A stretch of DNA of 20,000 nt, taken from NCBI GenBank assembly GCA_012862495.1, contig BLSG01000080.1, forward strand, positions 337,450 through 357,449. The letters are read 5' to 3'. The translations under genes were made by a program, and so were the position numbers. Origin of the DNA: Thraustochytrium aureum (taxonomy: Eukaryota). The notes beneath the pieces are model-generated. The model ran no database searches, was not told the DNA's origin, and worked only from the letters and a program-made list of their open reading frames with translations. Positions 10,335 to 20,000 of this stretch are shown in pieces (position 1 is the first letter of the stretch; the number at the start of each line of letters is the position of its first letter).

Positions 10335-10909
10335 NNNNNNNNNNNNNNNNNNNNNNNNNNNNNNNNNNNNNNNNNNNNNNNNNNNNNNNNNNNNNNNNNN
10401 NNNNNNNNNNNNNNNNNNNNGAATGCGCCGCCGATCCGCTACCCGCCCAAGCCGCTGGTCCCCGCACGCGCTCTCGCCCTCCCCGCCTTGGCGCCCGCCT
10501 CTCTGCTGTCTGCCTGGCTGCCTTCCTCGGGCAACCCGCACGCGTTTCGTGTCTGCGGCCACGCAGCTCCCCTTCTCGCGGGATTGCGCATTCCTCCCAC
10601 TCGCTCTCTCCAACGCAGCTAAAACTGGCATCCAATACAAAAAGACAGCCCACCCGCGCACCGTCAACAGCGGCTCTCCAGTATATCGCTCGAGCCCGCG
10701 GCCAGGTCAAGGGCCCTCACAGGCGCGTGCGCTCCCTCTCCCCCATGTTCCAATTCCGCTTGCAGAGCCAATTCAATCGATTAGCCTGCACGTGCTCCGC
10801 GGCGTTTAACCGATTGAACGCCGTGGCGCCCAGAGGACGGATCGAGGGCGGCGGGGATTGCGTAACGGATCGTTTTTTTCGTCAGAATTCTGTTCTGGTT
10901 TTTGGCGAG

Positions 10910-10972
10910 CAGCAGGCAGGCCATCAAGCCAGGCAGGCAGGCCATCAAGCCAGGCAGGCAGGCAGGCAGGCG
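10910..10972. repeat. (GCAG)n with two 21-bp units GCAGGCAGGCCATCAAGCCAG
   Basis: Direct duplication, read as QAGHQAR x2 in the ORF track, about 45 bp upstream of ATG 11018. Confidence 0.85.
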
Positions 10973-11017
10973 CTTGAGCACGGCTGCGGCGAGGCCGCGG
11001 GTCGCGCGAGAGTGGCG

Positions 11018-13389
11018 ATGTCGGGCCCGCTTGGTGGCGCGCCTCCTGGCAGGTACAAGACGCGGCGGGAGCGCGAGGAGGACGCCAAGGCGAACCGGCG
11101 CTTCGACAAGTTTTACAAGGTGTTCGCGACGAGCCGCGTGGTGCGCAACGCGCTGCGCCAAGGGTTCTTGTCCACCGAGGACCCGGCGAGAGCGCTCGGA
11201 CAGCTGCACGAAGAGCGCGAGAGGGCGGCGGGGCTGGCGAGATCGGAGCAAGCCGCGAAAGCGCGCGAGGGCATCCCGGAGGCGCTGCAGATCGTCGTGG
11301 ACTTGCAAGGCAGCGACGGGCGGTGGCCTGCAGGCTGTCAGCAGCTCGACGAAGCGTTGGGGAGCGGCCACGGCGTGCCCGACCCGCCAGAAGGCATAGT
11401 GGCGTGGAAGTGGACCTGCGCACTCTGCGTGGCGTTCATTCGGCGGCATCCGACCTATTTCGAGTTTTCGAGCGCCGCGTACAACAAAGGCGTTTTTCTC
11501 GTCCCAGACCACACTCTCCTCGATGCGGCAAAGGCCCAGCTGCCTCCAGACGACCTCCCGATTCAGCTAGACCCCGCGCTGGTTCGCGCCGGCAAATGGC
11601 AAGAGGCCGCACGAGGTCTGCTCCAGCGCGACGGATTCCAGGCCTTTCTGAAACCCACAACAAAGCAGCAGGGCGGCGACGAGGACGCCTCTGCTTGCCC
11701 GAGCGCAACAGAAAGCAAGCACGGCGCGCCAAGGGCGTACCAGCTTCAAGCTCCGACGCCAGAGTTGCTTCCGCGAGAAATCGAGAGCCGGCTTTGGCGA
11801 GCCAACGCTCTCCGCAACATGGGTATGGCGCGGCTGCGCGTTTCGGAGCGGCACGATTTCCGCCACGGCAGCGAGCGCGTCGCCTTGAGCGCAGCGCGTC
11901 CTTTGGAGCAGAGCCTGCCAATATTTTCGTCCCTGGCAGACCAGCTCGCCGCTGACAACCAGGCAATGATTGACGCTGTATTCCCAGACGCGGACATGCG
12001 CAAAGGCGTCTACCGTGCACAGGACATGCTCGATGTTGCACCACCACCTATTGCATCTTCAGTCTTAAGTGCCGAAACGACCAACAGGGCATCGACGGGT
12101 GCCCTGCACTGTGCAGAGCTTGAGCTCGGCGACGGCGCGTCAGAGACCAAGGAGCAGGAGCAAGAACAGGACCCAGTAGCCGCGATCCGCGACGAAACCC
12201 AGGCCGCCCTTGTGGGCTTGATGAAAGCGGCGGCAGCGCGCGCTGGTCGTGGCCTGCCTGATTCTTCGCACGCTGAAATGGTGGATGCCGTGCTTGAGCA
12301 CGAACTGCACCTCGAACGCGAGATGGACATCCTCGAGCGCCGCGAGCGCCGCGGCGTCAAGGGCGCAGCGCAGGAGCTCGCCAAGCGCTGGACCAAACCG
12401 CTGACACTGGAGCAAGAGCGGCGTCGGCTCGAGCGCGCCAACTTGCCCTCGCCGCGGCCCTCGTGGGACGCGAGAACTGGCGCAGGCAGCGCCACGAGCT
12501 CTTCTAGGGGTGTTTGCAAGGGCAAGCGGGGGCGCCGGGGCCACGAGCAGAGTCGGGCGCCTGTCAGCAGCCTCTGCTCTTCCGCCCACCTCGATGGCGA
12601 GCAAGCCGCGCCGCCAGGCGACGGGCTCAGCTTTGCCGCCCGCCAACGCGACCTCGAGCAAAAGCTGCAGATCGAGCGGCTCGGCGACCAGGTAGATCGC
12701 CGCCTCTCTGTCCTGATCAAACGCGCAAACGCGTACGAAGCAGCCGTCGCGCGTTTGCGCAAGGCGCTGCCAATCGGCTCGCGCACCTATTCGGAGGCCG
12801 TCGCGCAAGCTGAGAAACAGCACGCCTTCGACGAGCTCACGGCCGAGTTGGCCACCGCAAGGCTTGCAACTTGCGCGCTCGTCGAGGCCATCGTGGCTTG
12901 GCGGGCCGCCAACATGGAGGTTTTCGCTGTCAGCGATCCTCGAGACGCGGCCAACCGCGCCTCCAAGCTGACATTCATTTGGGGCGGCGACAACATCCTG
13001 CTTCGTGTTGCCAACAACATCGACTTTCTGCACAGCTCGAAGGAGCTCCGCTCGTGGTACGGTGACAAGCTCCCGCTACGGCGCAACCCGTTCATGGTTG
13101 CTGTCCCCTTCGAGCAGCGGCCTGCCACACCGCGCAGCGCTACGCGAAAGGTGCTGGTTGACGGCAAGCAAGTGACTCGCGTCTCGCCGAGCTGGCTGCC
13201 CGGCGGGAGGTGGACGTGGCGCAACTTGAGGCGGCATGGGACCAGATTTCGGGGGGCGCTTCGTGGTGGCCCAGGTGCTCGCGCGATTTGTGGGCCCGCA
13301 TCCGCGTCGCTGAGAAAGTTCTGCTCGCCGAGCTTGAGGCGCACCGTTCGTTCCGCAAGCAGGTTGGCGCAGCGGAGCCCGCCGCGTAG
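11018..13389 (+). CDS. Large hypothetical protein (~790 aa): VWA5A/PARP4-C-terminal-like helical module, coiled coils and a conserved-looking C-terminal domain; 1 frameshift
   Basis: ATG 11018 (MSGPLGG) begins a long open frame. Motifs LQIVVDLQGSDGRW..WKWTCALCVAFI and RLATCALVEAIVAWR..FIWGGDNILLRVANNIDFL..RNPF. Adding one C at ~13187 gives SPELAARREVDVAQLEAAW..RIRVAEKVLLAELE, ending at TAG 13387-13389. Confidence 0.7.
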
Positions 13390-13758
13390 GTCCTCGGCGT
13401 TTGTGCGCCAACTACGGCGGAGACGCTAATGCTTGGAACGGGCATCTGCGCGCGACGGAAGCCGTGTGCTAAAGACCCCCGACTCGGAACCGGGAAGCAC
13501 AACCAAAACGCTAAAGCCGGCGAAGTGCCTGGCAAGTGATGGCCTTCGACGTTGGCGCGAAACATCCCATCCGTGTGGCGAACTCGTTGACGATCAGCCG
13601 GATCGCAAGGGTCTGGACAAAGAGAAGCAGGCGATGGCACTGTTTGCGAATCGTCTTCGTGAAGGTAATGAAATTATTTTATGTACTGGTACTCCCGCCG
13701 CGCCGACGTCAGCAGGCCCTTTGCCGATGGTACTTACATTCGCACAGTCGACGCCGCG

Positions 13759-15220
13759 CTACACCTCCAGACCAGCTCCTGCGCCAGCCAGGTCGGTTCG
13801 CGAGCGTGGCACGACTTCAGCAAAGGCCGGGCCAGGGTCCCTGTCGCATGCGGCCTGCAGCGTCATATAAAGCGGCTCGGCAGCCTTGGGCCGCGGGGCG
13901 CGGCCAGAAAGAAGCTCTCGCGGCTCGTAGCGCTTGCCGTAAAACCGGAGGTTGACGTCGGCCCGCTCCACAATGAGCGCGCCCTCGAGCGAGACGCCGG
14001 CGAAAAGGCCCTTGGACTGCGAGTAGCTGAAGCATGGCGCGCCGCCGCCGTCGCCAACGTTGATGTTGGCCTCGCCGGTGCGGCCCAAGGGCCCCGCTGC
14101 AATGCCAATTTGGGAGCCCAACGAAACCTGCTTTTGGCCAGCGAACGCGTCCACCGCTGACTCGGTGTTCTGCGTCGGGCGCCAGTTAGCCGCCAGCTGC
14201 CCACAAACACGCAAGCACGCAGGCAGGCAAGACCGAAAGCGCGCAAGCAGCAAGGACGCGGCGCGCTGGCGCTCTCCACGTTCAGGAGCAAACGTACCAG
14301 AATTATCACAAAGGTGGTAACCTCGCCGCCGATCTGCGCGCCCCACCCCATCCCGGCGAGACCGATGGCACTCGGCGCCGTCCACGAGCCCTGCCGATCG
14401 CGCCCAACAACAATCCCCGTTCCAAAACGCCCTGTGAAGAGGATGCCCGCTTTGACAACCGTTAAAAAGCACAAGCCCTTTGCCTGCCTCAGCAGCAGCG
14501 TCGGAATGTATTCGTCCTGCAACAGCCGTTGCGGGCTGTCGGCAAAGAAGCTCTCGACAGACTGGCATGCCTTTTTGATCTCGGCCGACATGGAGAAGCT
14601 CAACGGGTTGGCGAAAAAGGTCCCGTTCTCCTCCCGCAAATCCAAGCTCCGCGTCGCGTTGCTCATCGTTGCGGCCAGCTCATCCTGCAGCGGCTCCAAG
14701 GCCGGGACGCAGGACTGGCAGACGCGCTGCGGCTCGCGCACACCAAAGCTGGAGGGCAGGAGCCGGAATTGGTTCGAGCACTTGCTGCACACGCATGCGC
14801 CACAGTACCTGCAGTGGTGCCGCCGCCTCAAGAAGGTGAACTCGGCCTTGCAGCCCATGCAGCTCGCGCAGGCCTCATCTGGTACCCAGGCGGTGCCGCC
14901 AGTAGCCCCCGTTTTGTCCACCGCGCCGCTCCCAAACATGTACCACGGCTTGGCGCTGTCAAACTTGAATTGGGGCTCTTCANNNNNNNNNNNNNNNNNN
15001 NNNNNNNNNNNNNNNNNNNNNNNNNNNNNNNNNNNNNNNNNNNNNNNNNNNNNNTCGTCCCGCCCCGCTGCACTCGCCCCTGCAGGGCGCAGTGCGGCCG
15101 CAGCAGCACTGGCCTGCACGCCTTCCATGTGCTGCTCCCTCGAGCGATCAGCTCGCTCGCGGTCGTCCGCCACCGGCACGGCAACTGGGACGTTGTGTCC
15201 AGGGTAGTCCGTGTTCCATC
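13759..15220 (-). CDS. FYVE zinc finger + Ysc84/SYLF (SH3YL1-like) domain protein, same architecture as plant FYVE2/CFS1; exons ~15220-14298 and 14169-13759; start uncertain, gap inside
   Basis: FYVE: WVPD..CMGC..FTFLRRRHHCRYCGACVCSKCS..RVCQSC. SYLF: IP..LL.QAKGL.FLTVVKAG..GTGIVV.R..SWTAPSAI..GWGAQIGGEVT.FVIIL|NTESAVDAF..AAGPLGR..SYSQSKGLFAGVSLEG..NLRFYG. Stop at 13759-13761. Confidence 0.92.
14170..14297 (-). other. Spliceosomal GT-AG intron (128 bp, phase 0) in the FYVE-SYLF gene
   Basis: Donor GTACGT at 14297, branch-like GCTAAC at 14190-14185, acceptor CGCAG ending 14170. Removal joins FVIIL to NTESAVDAF and restores the SYLF consensus. Confidence 0.92.
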
Positions 15221-15307
15221 CCAGCCCGCAGGGCGCCGAGAGCGCGGCGGCCACGCCTCACTCACTCACTCGGTCGCGCAGCAGTGGCGACCAGCTGCCC
15301 ACCAGCC

Positions 15308-15343
15308 CGCCTGCCTGCCTGCCTGCCTGCCTGCGTGCCTGCC
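15308..15343. repeat. (CCTG)n microsatellite, i.e. (GCAG)n on the minus strand
   Basis: cgcctgcctgcctgcctgcctgcctgcgtgcctgcc, upstream of the FYVE-SYLF gene. Confidence 0.9.
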
Positions 15344-15636
15344 GTTTGGGACGGCGCGCGCAACGCTTCATGGAGGTCTGCCGACGTGGATGTTGAGCTC
15401 GCGACTTGGCCTGTGCAATGCCGCCATGAGGATGGAGGGGCTCGTGCAGGTCCGCTGCGCGGCAGCGCGGCGTCCTGCCTTGGCTGCTCGCTGTCGAGCA
15501 CTGCGTGCGCAGGTGTGTTTGTTTGTCGGCTGCCGCGAGAGACGGAGAGAGGGCGCAGCTTGGTGCAGGCGGGGACGAGGAGGGCCCGGATGGACGCAGC
15601 CCGCTCTCGCCGCAAGCAACACGTAGCAGCTGAGGG

Positions 15637-15659
15637 AGCAGCAGCAGCAGCAGCAGCAG
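15637..15659. repeat. (CAG)n microsatellite
   Basis: agcagcagcagcagcagcagcag. Confidence 0.9.
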
Positions 15660-15807
15660 AAGCTCGCGCGGGCTCGAGAGCGCGTTCTGCGGCCGAGGCC
15701 GGGCCCCGGCGGGGAAGTGCAAGCGGCTCTCGACCGCCCTGCGCTTCCGGAAAATGCGGGCGGCCAGGTCCAAGGCGAGGCTTTGTCTACTCTAGTAGCT
15801 ACAGGGG

Positions 15808-16875
15808 TCAAATCGCGCAGGAAATGCTGTCGCTCAGAATGTGGCGGCCGCCCCGGCTTCCTCGAGCCGGTGGGGCCAAGCGGCGTTCGTGCCTTGGCGC
15901 TGACTCGGGCTCGCCGTTGTCGCGCGGCTGGGCTTGGCGCGTAAACAGCGAGAAGAACTCGCTCGTCGAACGAGGACGTGTAGTGCTCTCTCGCTCAGCT
16001 GCACTCGGTGCAGTGGGTGCCGCGTCCTCGATAGGCGGCGGCGGCGGCGGGAGATCGGCGAGCTTTTGCACCGCGGCCCTTGCCAACGTGTACGCCTCGG
16101 CCTTGGCTTGAACGGTGTTGCTCGTGCGCGGCGACCGCCGTGAGTGCAGGTCGGGGGGCCAGCCCGTCACCGACGCCGGCCGGGACGGCCTGCGCGTCAC
16201 CGGCTGCGAGAAGCGCTTCATCAACAAGGTGCCGAGCGGGCCGCCGACGCGTTCGTGGATGTCCGAGGCGCCACCGCTCGCAACGGTTCGCTGCGAAAGT
16301 AGTCTTCGGCGCCCTCCAGGCCCGCTGTTCATTCTGCCGTTGGGCCGCCGTCGGCGGGCAACCGCAAGAAACAGAATGCCGAAAGCCAAGACCGAGAAAG
16401 CGCCGCCGATCGCTGCCCCGGCATTGAATTCGTTGCTTGATCTGATACGGGCCTCAGCTGGCAGGTTTGGGCCGGGATCCGCGCCTCCTCCGCCGGGGCC
16501 GTCGCCGCCAGAGTTTGGCGACGTGCTTGGCTGGGCTGTCGGTCCTGGCTGGCGTGAAGGGGAAAGGCTCGGCGATGCGCTAGCCGAAGAGCCGGGAGCC
16601 GCGATCGGCGCTGCGCTGGGAGCCGCCGATAGTGCCACTGTTGTCAGCGCTTGGGTTGGGGCTGGGGTGCGTCGCTTTGTTGGGCTTCTGGTAGGTTGTT
16701 TCGTCCTGCCCTTTCTGGTTGGAGACCGCGTTGGCGAGTCCGTTTTTCGCGTGAACGCCCTGGTCGCCGGCATCGCAAGCGTCGTAGGGACTGCGGTTGC
16801 GCTGCGCGACGGCGCTGCCAGCGAGACGACGGCAAACGCTGGTATCAGGATCAACCAGGCAGCAGATAGCCGCAT
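15808..16875 (-). CDS. Type I single-pass membrane protein with Pro/Thr/Ser-rich (mucin-like) ectodomain
   Basis: Signal peptide MRLSAAWLILIPAFAVVSLA; PT repeats (SPTRSPTRK..QPTRSPTK); TM AGAAIGGAFSVLAFGILFLAVA followed by RRRR; cytosolic LPPPPPP. Confidence 0.8.
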   Translation of the reverse strand: MRLSAAWLILIPAFAVVSLAAPSRSATAVPTTLAMPATRAFTRKTDSPTRSPTRKGRTKQPTRSPTKRRTPAPTQALTTVALSAAPSAAPIAAPGSSASASPSLSPSRQPGPTAQPSTSPNSGGDGPGGGGADPGPNLPAEARIRSSNEFNAGAAIGGAFSVLAFGILFLAVARRRRPNGRMNSGPGGRRRLLSQRTVASGGASDIHERVGGPLGTLLMKRFSQPVTRRPSRPASVTGWPPDLHSRRSPRTSNTVQAKAEAYTLARAAVQKLADLPPPPPPIEDAAPTAPSAAERESTTRPRSTSEFFSLFTRQAQPRDNGEPESAPRHERRLAPPARGSRGGRHILSDSISCAI

Positions 16876-17689
16876 TGTGCGTGCTTTGTNNNNNNNNNNN
16901 NNNNNNNNNNNNNNNNNNNNNNNNNNNNNNNNNNNNNNNNNNNNNNNNNNNNNNNNNNNNNNNNNNNNNNNNNNNNNNNNNNNNNNNNNNNNNNNNNNNN
17001 NNNNNNNNNNNNNNNNNNNNNNNNNNNNNNNNNNNNNNNNNNNNNNNNNNNNNNNNNNNNNNNNNNNNNNNNNNNNNNNNNNNNNNNNNNNNNNNNNNNN
17101 NNNNNNNNNNNNNNNNNNNNNNNNNNNNNNNNNNNNNNNNNNNNNNNNNNNNNNNNNNNNNNNNNNNNNNNNNNNNNNNNNNNNNNNNNNNNNNNNNNNN
17201 NNNNNNNNNNNNNNNNNNNNNNNNNNNNNNNNNNNNNNNNNNNNNNNNNNNNNNNNNNNNNNNNNNNNNNNNNNNNNNNNNNNNNNNNNNNNNNNNNNNN
17301 NNNNNNNNNNNNNNNNNNNNNNNNNNNNNNNNNNNNNNNNNNNNNNNNNNNNNNNNNNNNNNNNNNNNNNNNNNNNNNNNNNNNNNNNNNNNNNNNNNNN
17401 NNNNNNNNNNNNNNNNNNNNNNNNNNNNNNNNNNNNNNNNNNNNNNNNNNNNNNNNNNNNNNNNNNNNNNNNNNNNNNNNNNNNNNNNNNNNNNNNNNNN
17501 NNNNNNNNNNNNNNNNNNNNNNNNNNNNNNNNNNNNNNNNNNNNNNNNNNNNNNNNNNNNNNNNNNNNNNNNNNNNNNNNNNNNNNNNNNNNNNNNNNNN
17601 NNNNNNNNNNNNNNNNNNNNNNNNNNNNNNNNNNNNNNNNNNNNNNNNNNNNNNNNNNNNNNNNNNNNNNNNNNNNNNNNNNNNNNNNN

Positions 17690-17734
17690 TGTCGTGAGCG
17701 CTGCGAGCGCGACGAAGATGCGCGCCCAAATCAT
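17690..17734 (-). CDS. Possible start of a secreted protein running into the gap
   Basis: ATG at 17734 gives MIWARIFVALAALT, which is signal-peptide-like; the rest is hidden by Ns. Confidence 0.3.
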
Positions 17735-18572
17735 GATTCTGGTCACTTGCGCCTTGCTCTTTCGATTGGATTGGCCGTTTCCGTCGCAACGCGGCTTTGT
17801 TTGGGTTCTACCACCAAGTGCAACCAGGTTGAGGCTCCGCCGCGTCTGTAGAACAGGGGCCAACAGGGCAGAGGCTCTCTGCTTGGCTCGTCTTTGGGAG
17901 TGCAGCATGGTCCTGCAATTTGCCAACGTGCCAGCAAAGTCTTGCGCTCGCCAGTCCAGGCGTGCCAGCAGAAACGGAGGGCCACCGTTAGGAGGTAACC
18001 GTGTGTGGCCTGCGCCGAGATTGCTGGCGAGAGCCTGGTTCGATGGACAGGCTCGGAAATGAAAATAGGTTTGGCAGGGAGTACTCGATGGAATGCGTGC
18101 TTGCAAGGAGGACCCGACTTGGTGCTTGGCACGTCGAGGGCGCCCGGCTGCCGGGGTCGCCGGCCTCGCGCAGCGAGGGACTCTCGTCCGGTTCACTGCG
18201 CTATCTATGAAAGGCGACCATCGCGGTGGTATGACCACACGCCACTGTTGGGAATCGCTAGTGACCCGCTATGACGCCCTCTAAAAGCAGGTCCACGTGC
18301 CTCGCATCATCGCCTGACAAGATGGAGGCCGAAACCCCCAAAACGCAACCTCGGCCCGAGCGCCAGCGCTCAGAGAGCTAGGGCTGAAGAGGAGGTGCAA
18401 GTCGGTGCTGAACTGGTGCTTGGCGAAGCAGCGTTATCTTCTTTCACGATCCATTTCATTTTCTCATCACAATCAACCAGCCTCCAGGAGACGGCTGAGA
18501 CCGCAGGTCACGGGGTACCGACGGATCTTTGTGCAGTTGCCACTGACTCATCAGTCAAGTGCAACCAGCCAA

Positions 18573-19625
18573 TCACAGACGCGAGGCTTCAAGTGCGAGG
18601 CGGAGAGCGTCGGTCGAGTTGATGTCCTCGAGGAGGTCGAATGCGTTGTCCGTCTCACCATTGATCGTGACGCGCTCGTTGTTGAGCCACGAGTCCAGCA
18701 GGGCGCGCTTAACACCAGCAGCCAGCAACGCCTTGCCGAACGGGTTGGTCTCCACCTTTTCGCCCACCCAGACCATTCGCTCCCTGAGGCCTTCAATGGG
18801 CCCTGCGCTGGCGTGCACGCCGTTCTGCCCCATGTTGGGCGCCTCGGACAGCCCAAGCGCCTCGTAGTCGGCGAGAATTTTGCCACGGAGAGACCCTGCA
18901 GGCGCCTTTGTCGGGTCGGTGGCGCCGATCACCTTGCCGCGGAAGTCTTTCCAGGAGAGCTTGGCCTCCGGGAACCGCACGGTCAAGAAGACGACCTTGG
19001 CGTCGGGCGCAGTGTATACCTCGCGCATGACGCCGTAGAACGCGTTCATGATAAAGGTCTGCGCGTCCACGAGGAAACCGACATAAGTCCCTGGGGCGAG
19101 CTTGAAAGTGTCCGACTTGCGCCACTCGACCTCGATGTCGTCGAAGGACCGTCCGCTGGACTGTCGGTACTCGGCCAGGTTGACGATATCGCCGTTTGCG
19201 GCGAGCTCGTCCCAGGTGCCGCGGCCGAACCTTTCCGCGAAGGCGGCCTTCTTGTCTTCTGCCACTTCGAGCTCGCTCGCCTTGGTGCTCATTGCGATCT
19301 TGGCAATGTGCGAGTAGTGGCTATCGATGATCCCGCCCGCGTCGATCTCGGCGCCGCTCAGCTCGCCCTCGCTCAGCACTTCCACATGGTTCTCGGCGAG
19401 GTAGGCGGCTACGAGGTCCCTGACCTTGGCGTTCGCCGCGTGCGGCTTGATGAACACGAGCGCTTCGTTGAACTCCATCGCGTCTTCAGCCCGCGCCACG
19501 GGGTTTTTGGCCACCTCGACCTCTGCCGCTGCCTTGCCGGCCTCCGTGCTCGCGGCCACGGCGTCTGTCGCCGGCACCACACCGTCTTCCGCGACAGGCG
19601 CAGACTTGCCCAAGCAGCTCCCCAT
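18573..19625 (-). CDS. Divergent nucleoside-diphosphate-kinase-like protein with probable N-terminal acylation site
   Basis: ATG at 19625 gives MGSCLGK (the ORF track starts at an upstream GTG). NDK motifs ALVFIKPHA, IDSHY, FRGKVIGATDPTKAPAGSLRG and NGVHASAGPIEGLRERMVW. Stop TGA at 18573-18575. Confidence 0.85.
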   Translation of the reverse strand: MGSCLGKSAPVAEDGVVPATDAVAASTEAGKAAAEVEVAKNPVARAEDAMEFNEALVFIKPHAANAKVRDLVAAYLAENHVEVLSEGELSGAEIDAGGIIDSHYSHIAKIAMSTKASELEVAEDKKAAFAERFGRGTWDELAANGDIVNLAEYRQSSGRSFDDIEVEWRKSDTFKLAPGTYVGFLVDAQTFIMNAFYGVMREVYTAPDAKVVFLTVRFPEAKLSWKDFRGKVIGATDPTKAPAGSLRGKILADYEALGLSEAPNMGQNGVHASAGPIEGLRERMVWVGEKVETNPFGKALLAAGVKRALLDSWLNNERVTINGETDNAFDLLEDINSTDALRLALEASRL

Positions 19626-20000
19626 GAGTAAGTGAGTTAGACCCGCGACAGCCACCTCCGCGACGGGGCCCGACGCCCAGCAGGCAGCGCGCGCAACGGC
19701 CGTCCGCTCGGCTGCTCAGACGGGCGCCGCAGCCGCACTTCAGCTCCAGCTCTGTGCACTCCAGCACGAGCAGCCAGCGCCACACTTGTTTCGCTCGTGC
19801 GCCTTCTTTCGCTCTCGCGCGTTTGCCGTTTCACTCGCCCGATGCGGCGCACACCCTCTCGTGACGCCAAGGTACCCTCTGTGACGCAGCGCCTCGCCGC
19901 CGCACCCGGCCCCAAAGGGTGTGCGCCGCAGGCCGCCTCGTCACAGCGGGGGCGCGCGTGGCGGCCGAGAGATATAGAGGGGCTGATGGAATAGAGGGGC

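Noticed and set aside
10286..11017. N-terminal extension of the 1047-aa ORF
   Set aside because: Non-ATG start, spans a gap and repeats; the first plausible start is ATG 11018.
13433..13870. 145-aa + strand ORF after the large hypothetical gene
   Set aside because: Non-ATG start, no motifs, overlaps the end of the convergent SYLF gene; probably UTR sequence.
731..17689. Long ORFs spanning N-gaps
   Set aside because: Artefacts of unknown bases lacking stop codons.
1087..19625. Functional endomembrane gene cluster (protease-7TM, Cu-ATPase, FYVE-SYLF, membrane protein)
   Set aside because: Mixed orientations and common functional classes; there is no evidence beyond chance adjacency without synteny data.

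Overview
GC-rich, gene-dense, intron-poor eukaryotic DNA from a gapped draft assembly (6 N-gaps). Gene content and style suggest a stramenopile, possibly a labyrinthulomycete/thraustochytrid (inference). Several genes are broken by single-base indels, mostly in short homopolymers and most likely sequencing errors, so the ORF track splits them. Reconstructed genes: (1) a signal-peptide-bearing plasmepsin-V-like A1 aspartic protease apparently fused through a Ser/Pro/Thr linker to a GOST-like (GPR107/TMEM87-type) 7TM domain, with an atypical second catalytic motif DVG; (2) a P1B-1 Cu(I)-ATPase with a CxxxC N-terminal metal-binding domain; (3) a bZIP-like/coiled-coil protein with a possible START-like C-terminus; (4) a large hypothetical protein with a VWA5A/PARP4-C-terminal-like module; (5) a FYVE + Ysc84/SYLF protein with one clear spliceosomal intron; (6) a type I membrane protein with a mucin-like stalk; (7) a divergent, probably N-acylated NDK-like protein. 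Intergenic DNA carries an ~81-bp tandem repeat and several micro/minisatellites. No CRISPR, RNA gene or mobile element is supported. The best candidate for a novel system is the protease-7TM fusion.
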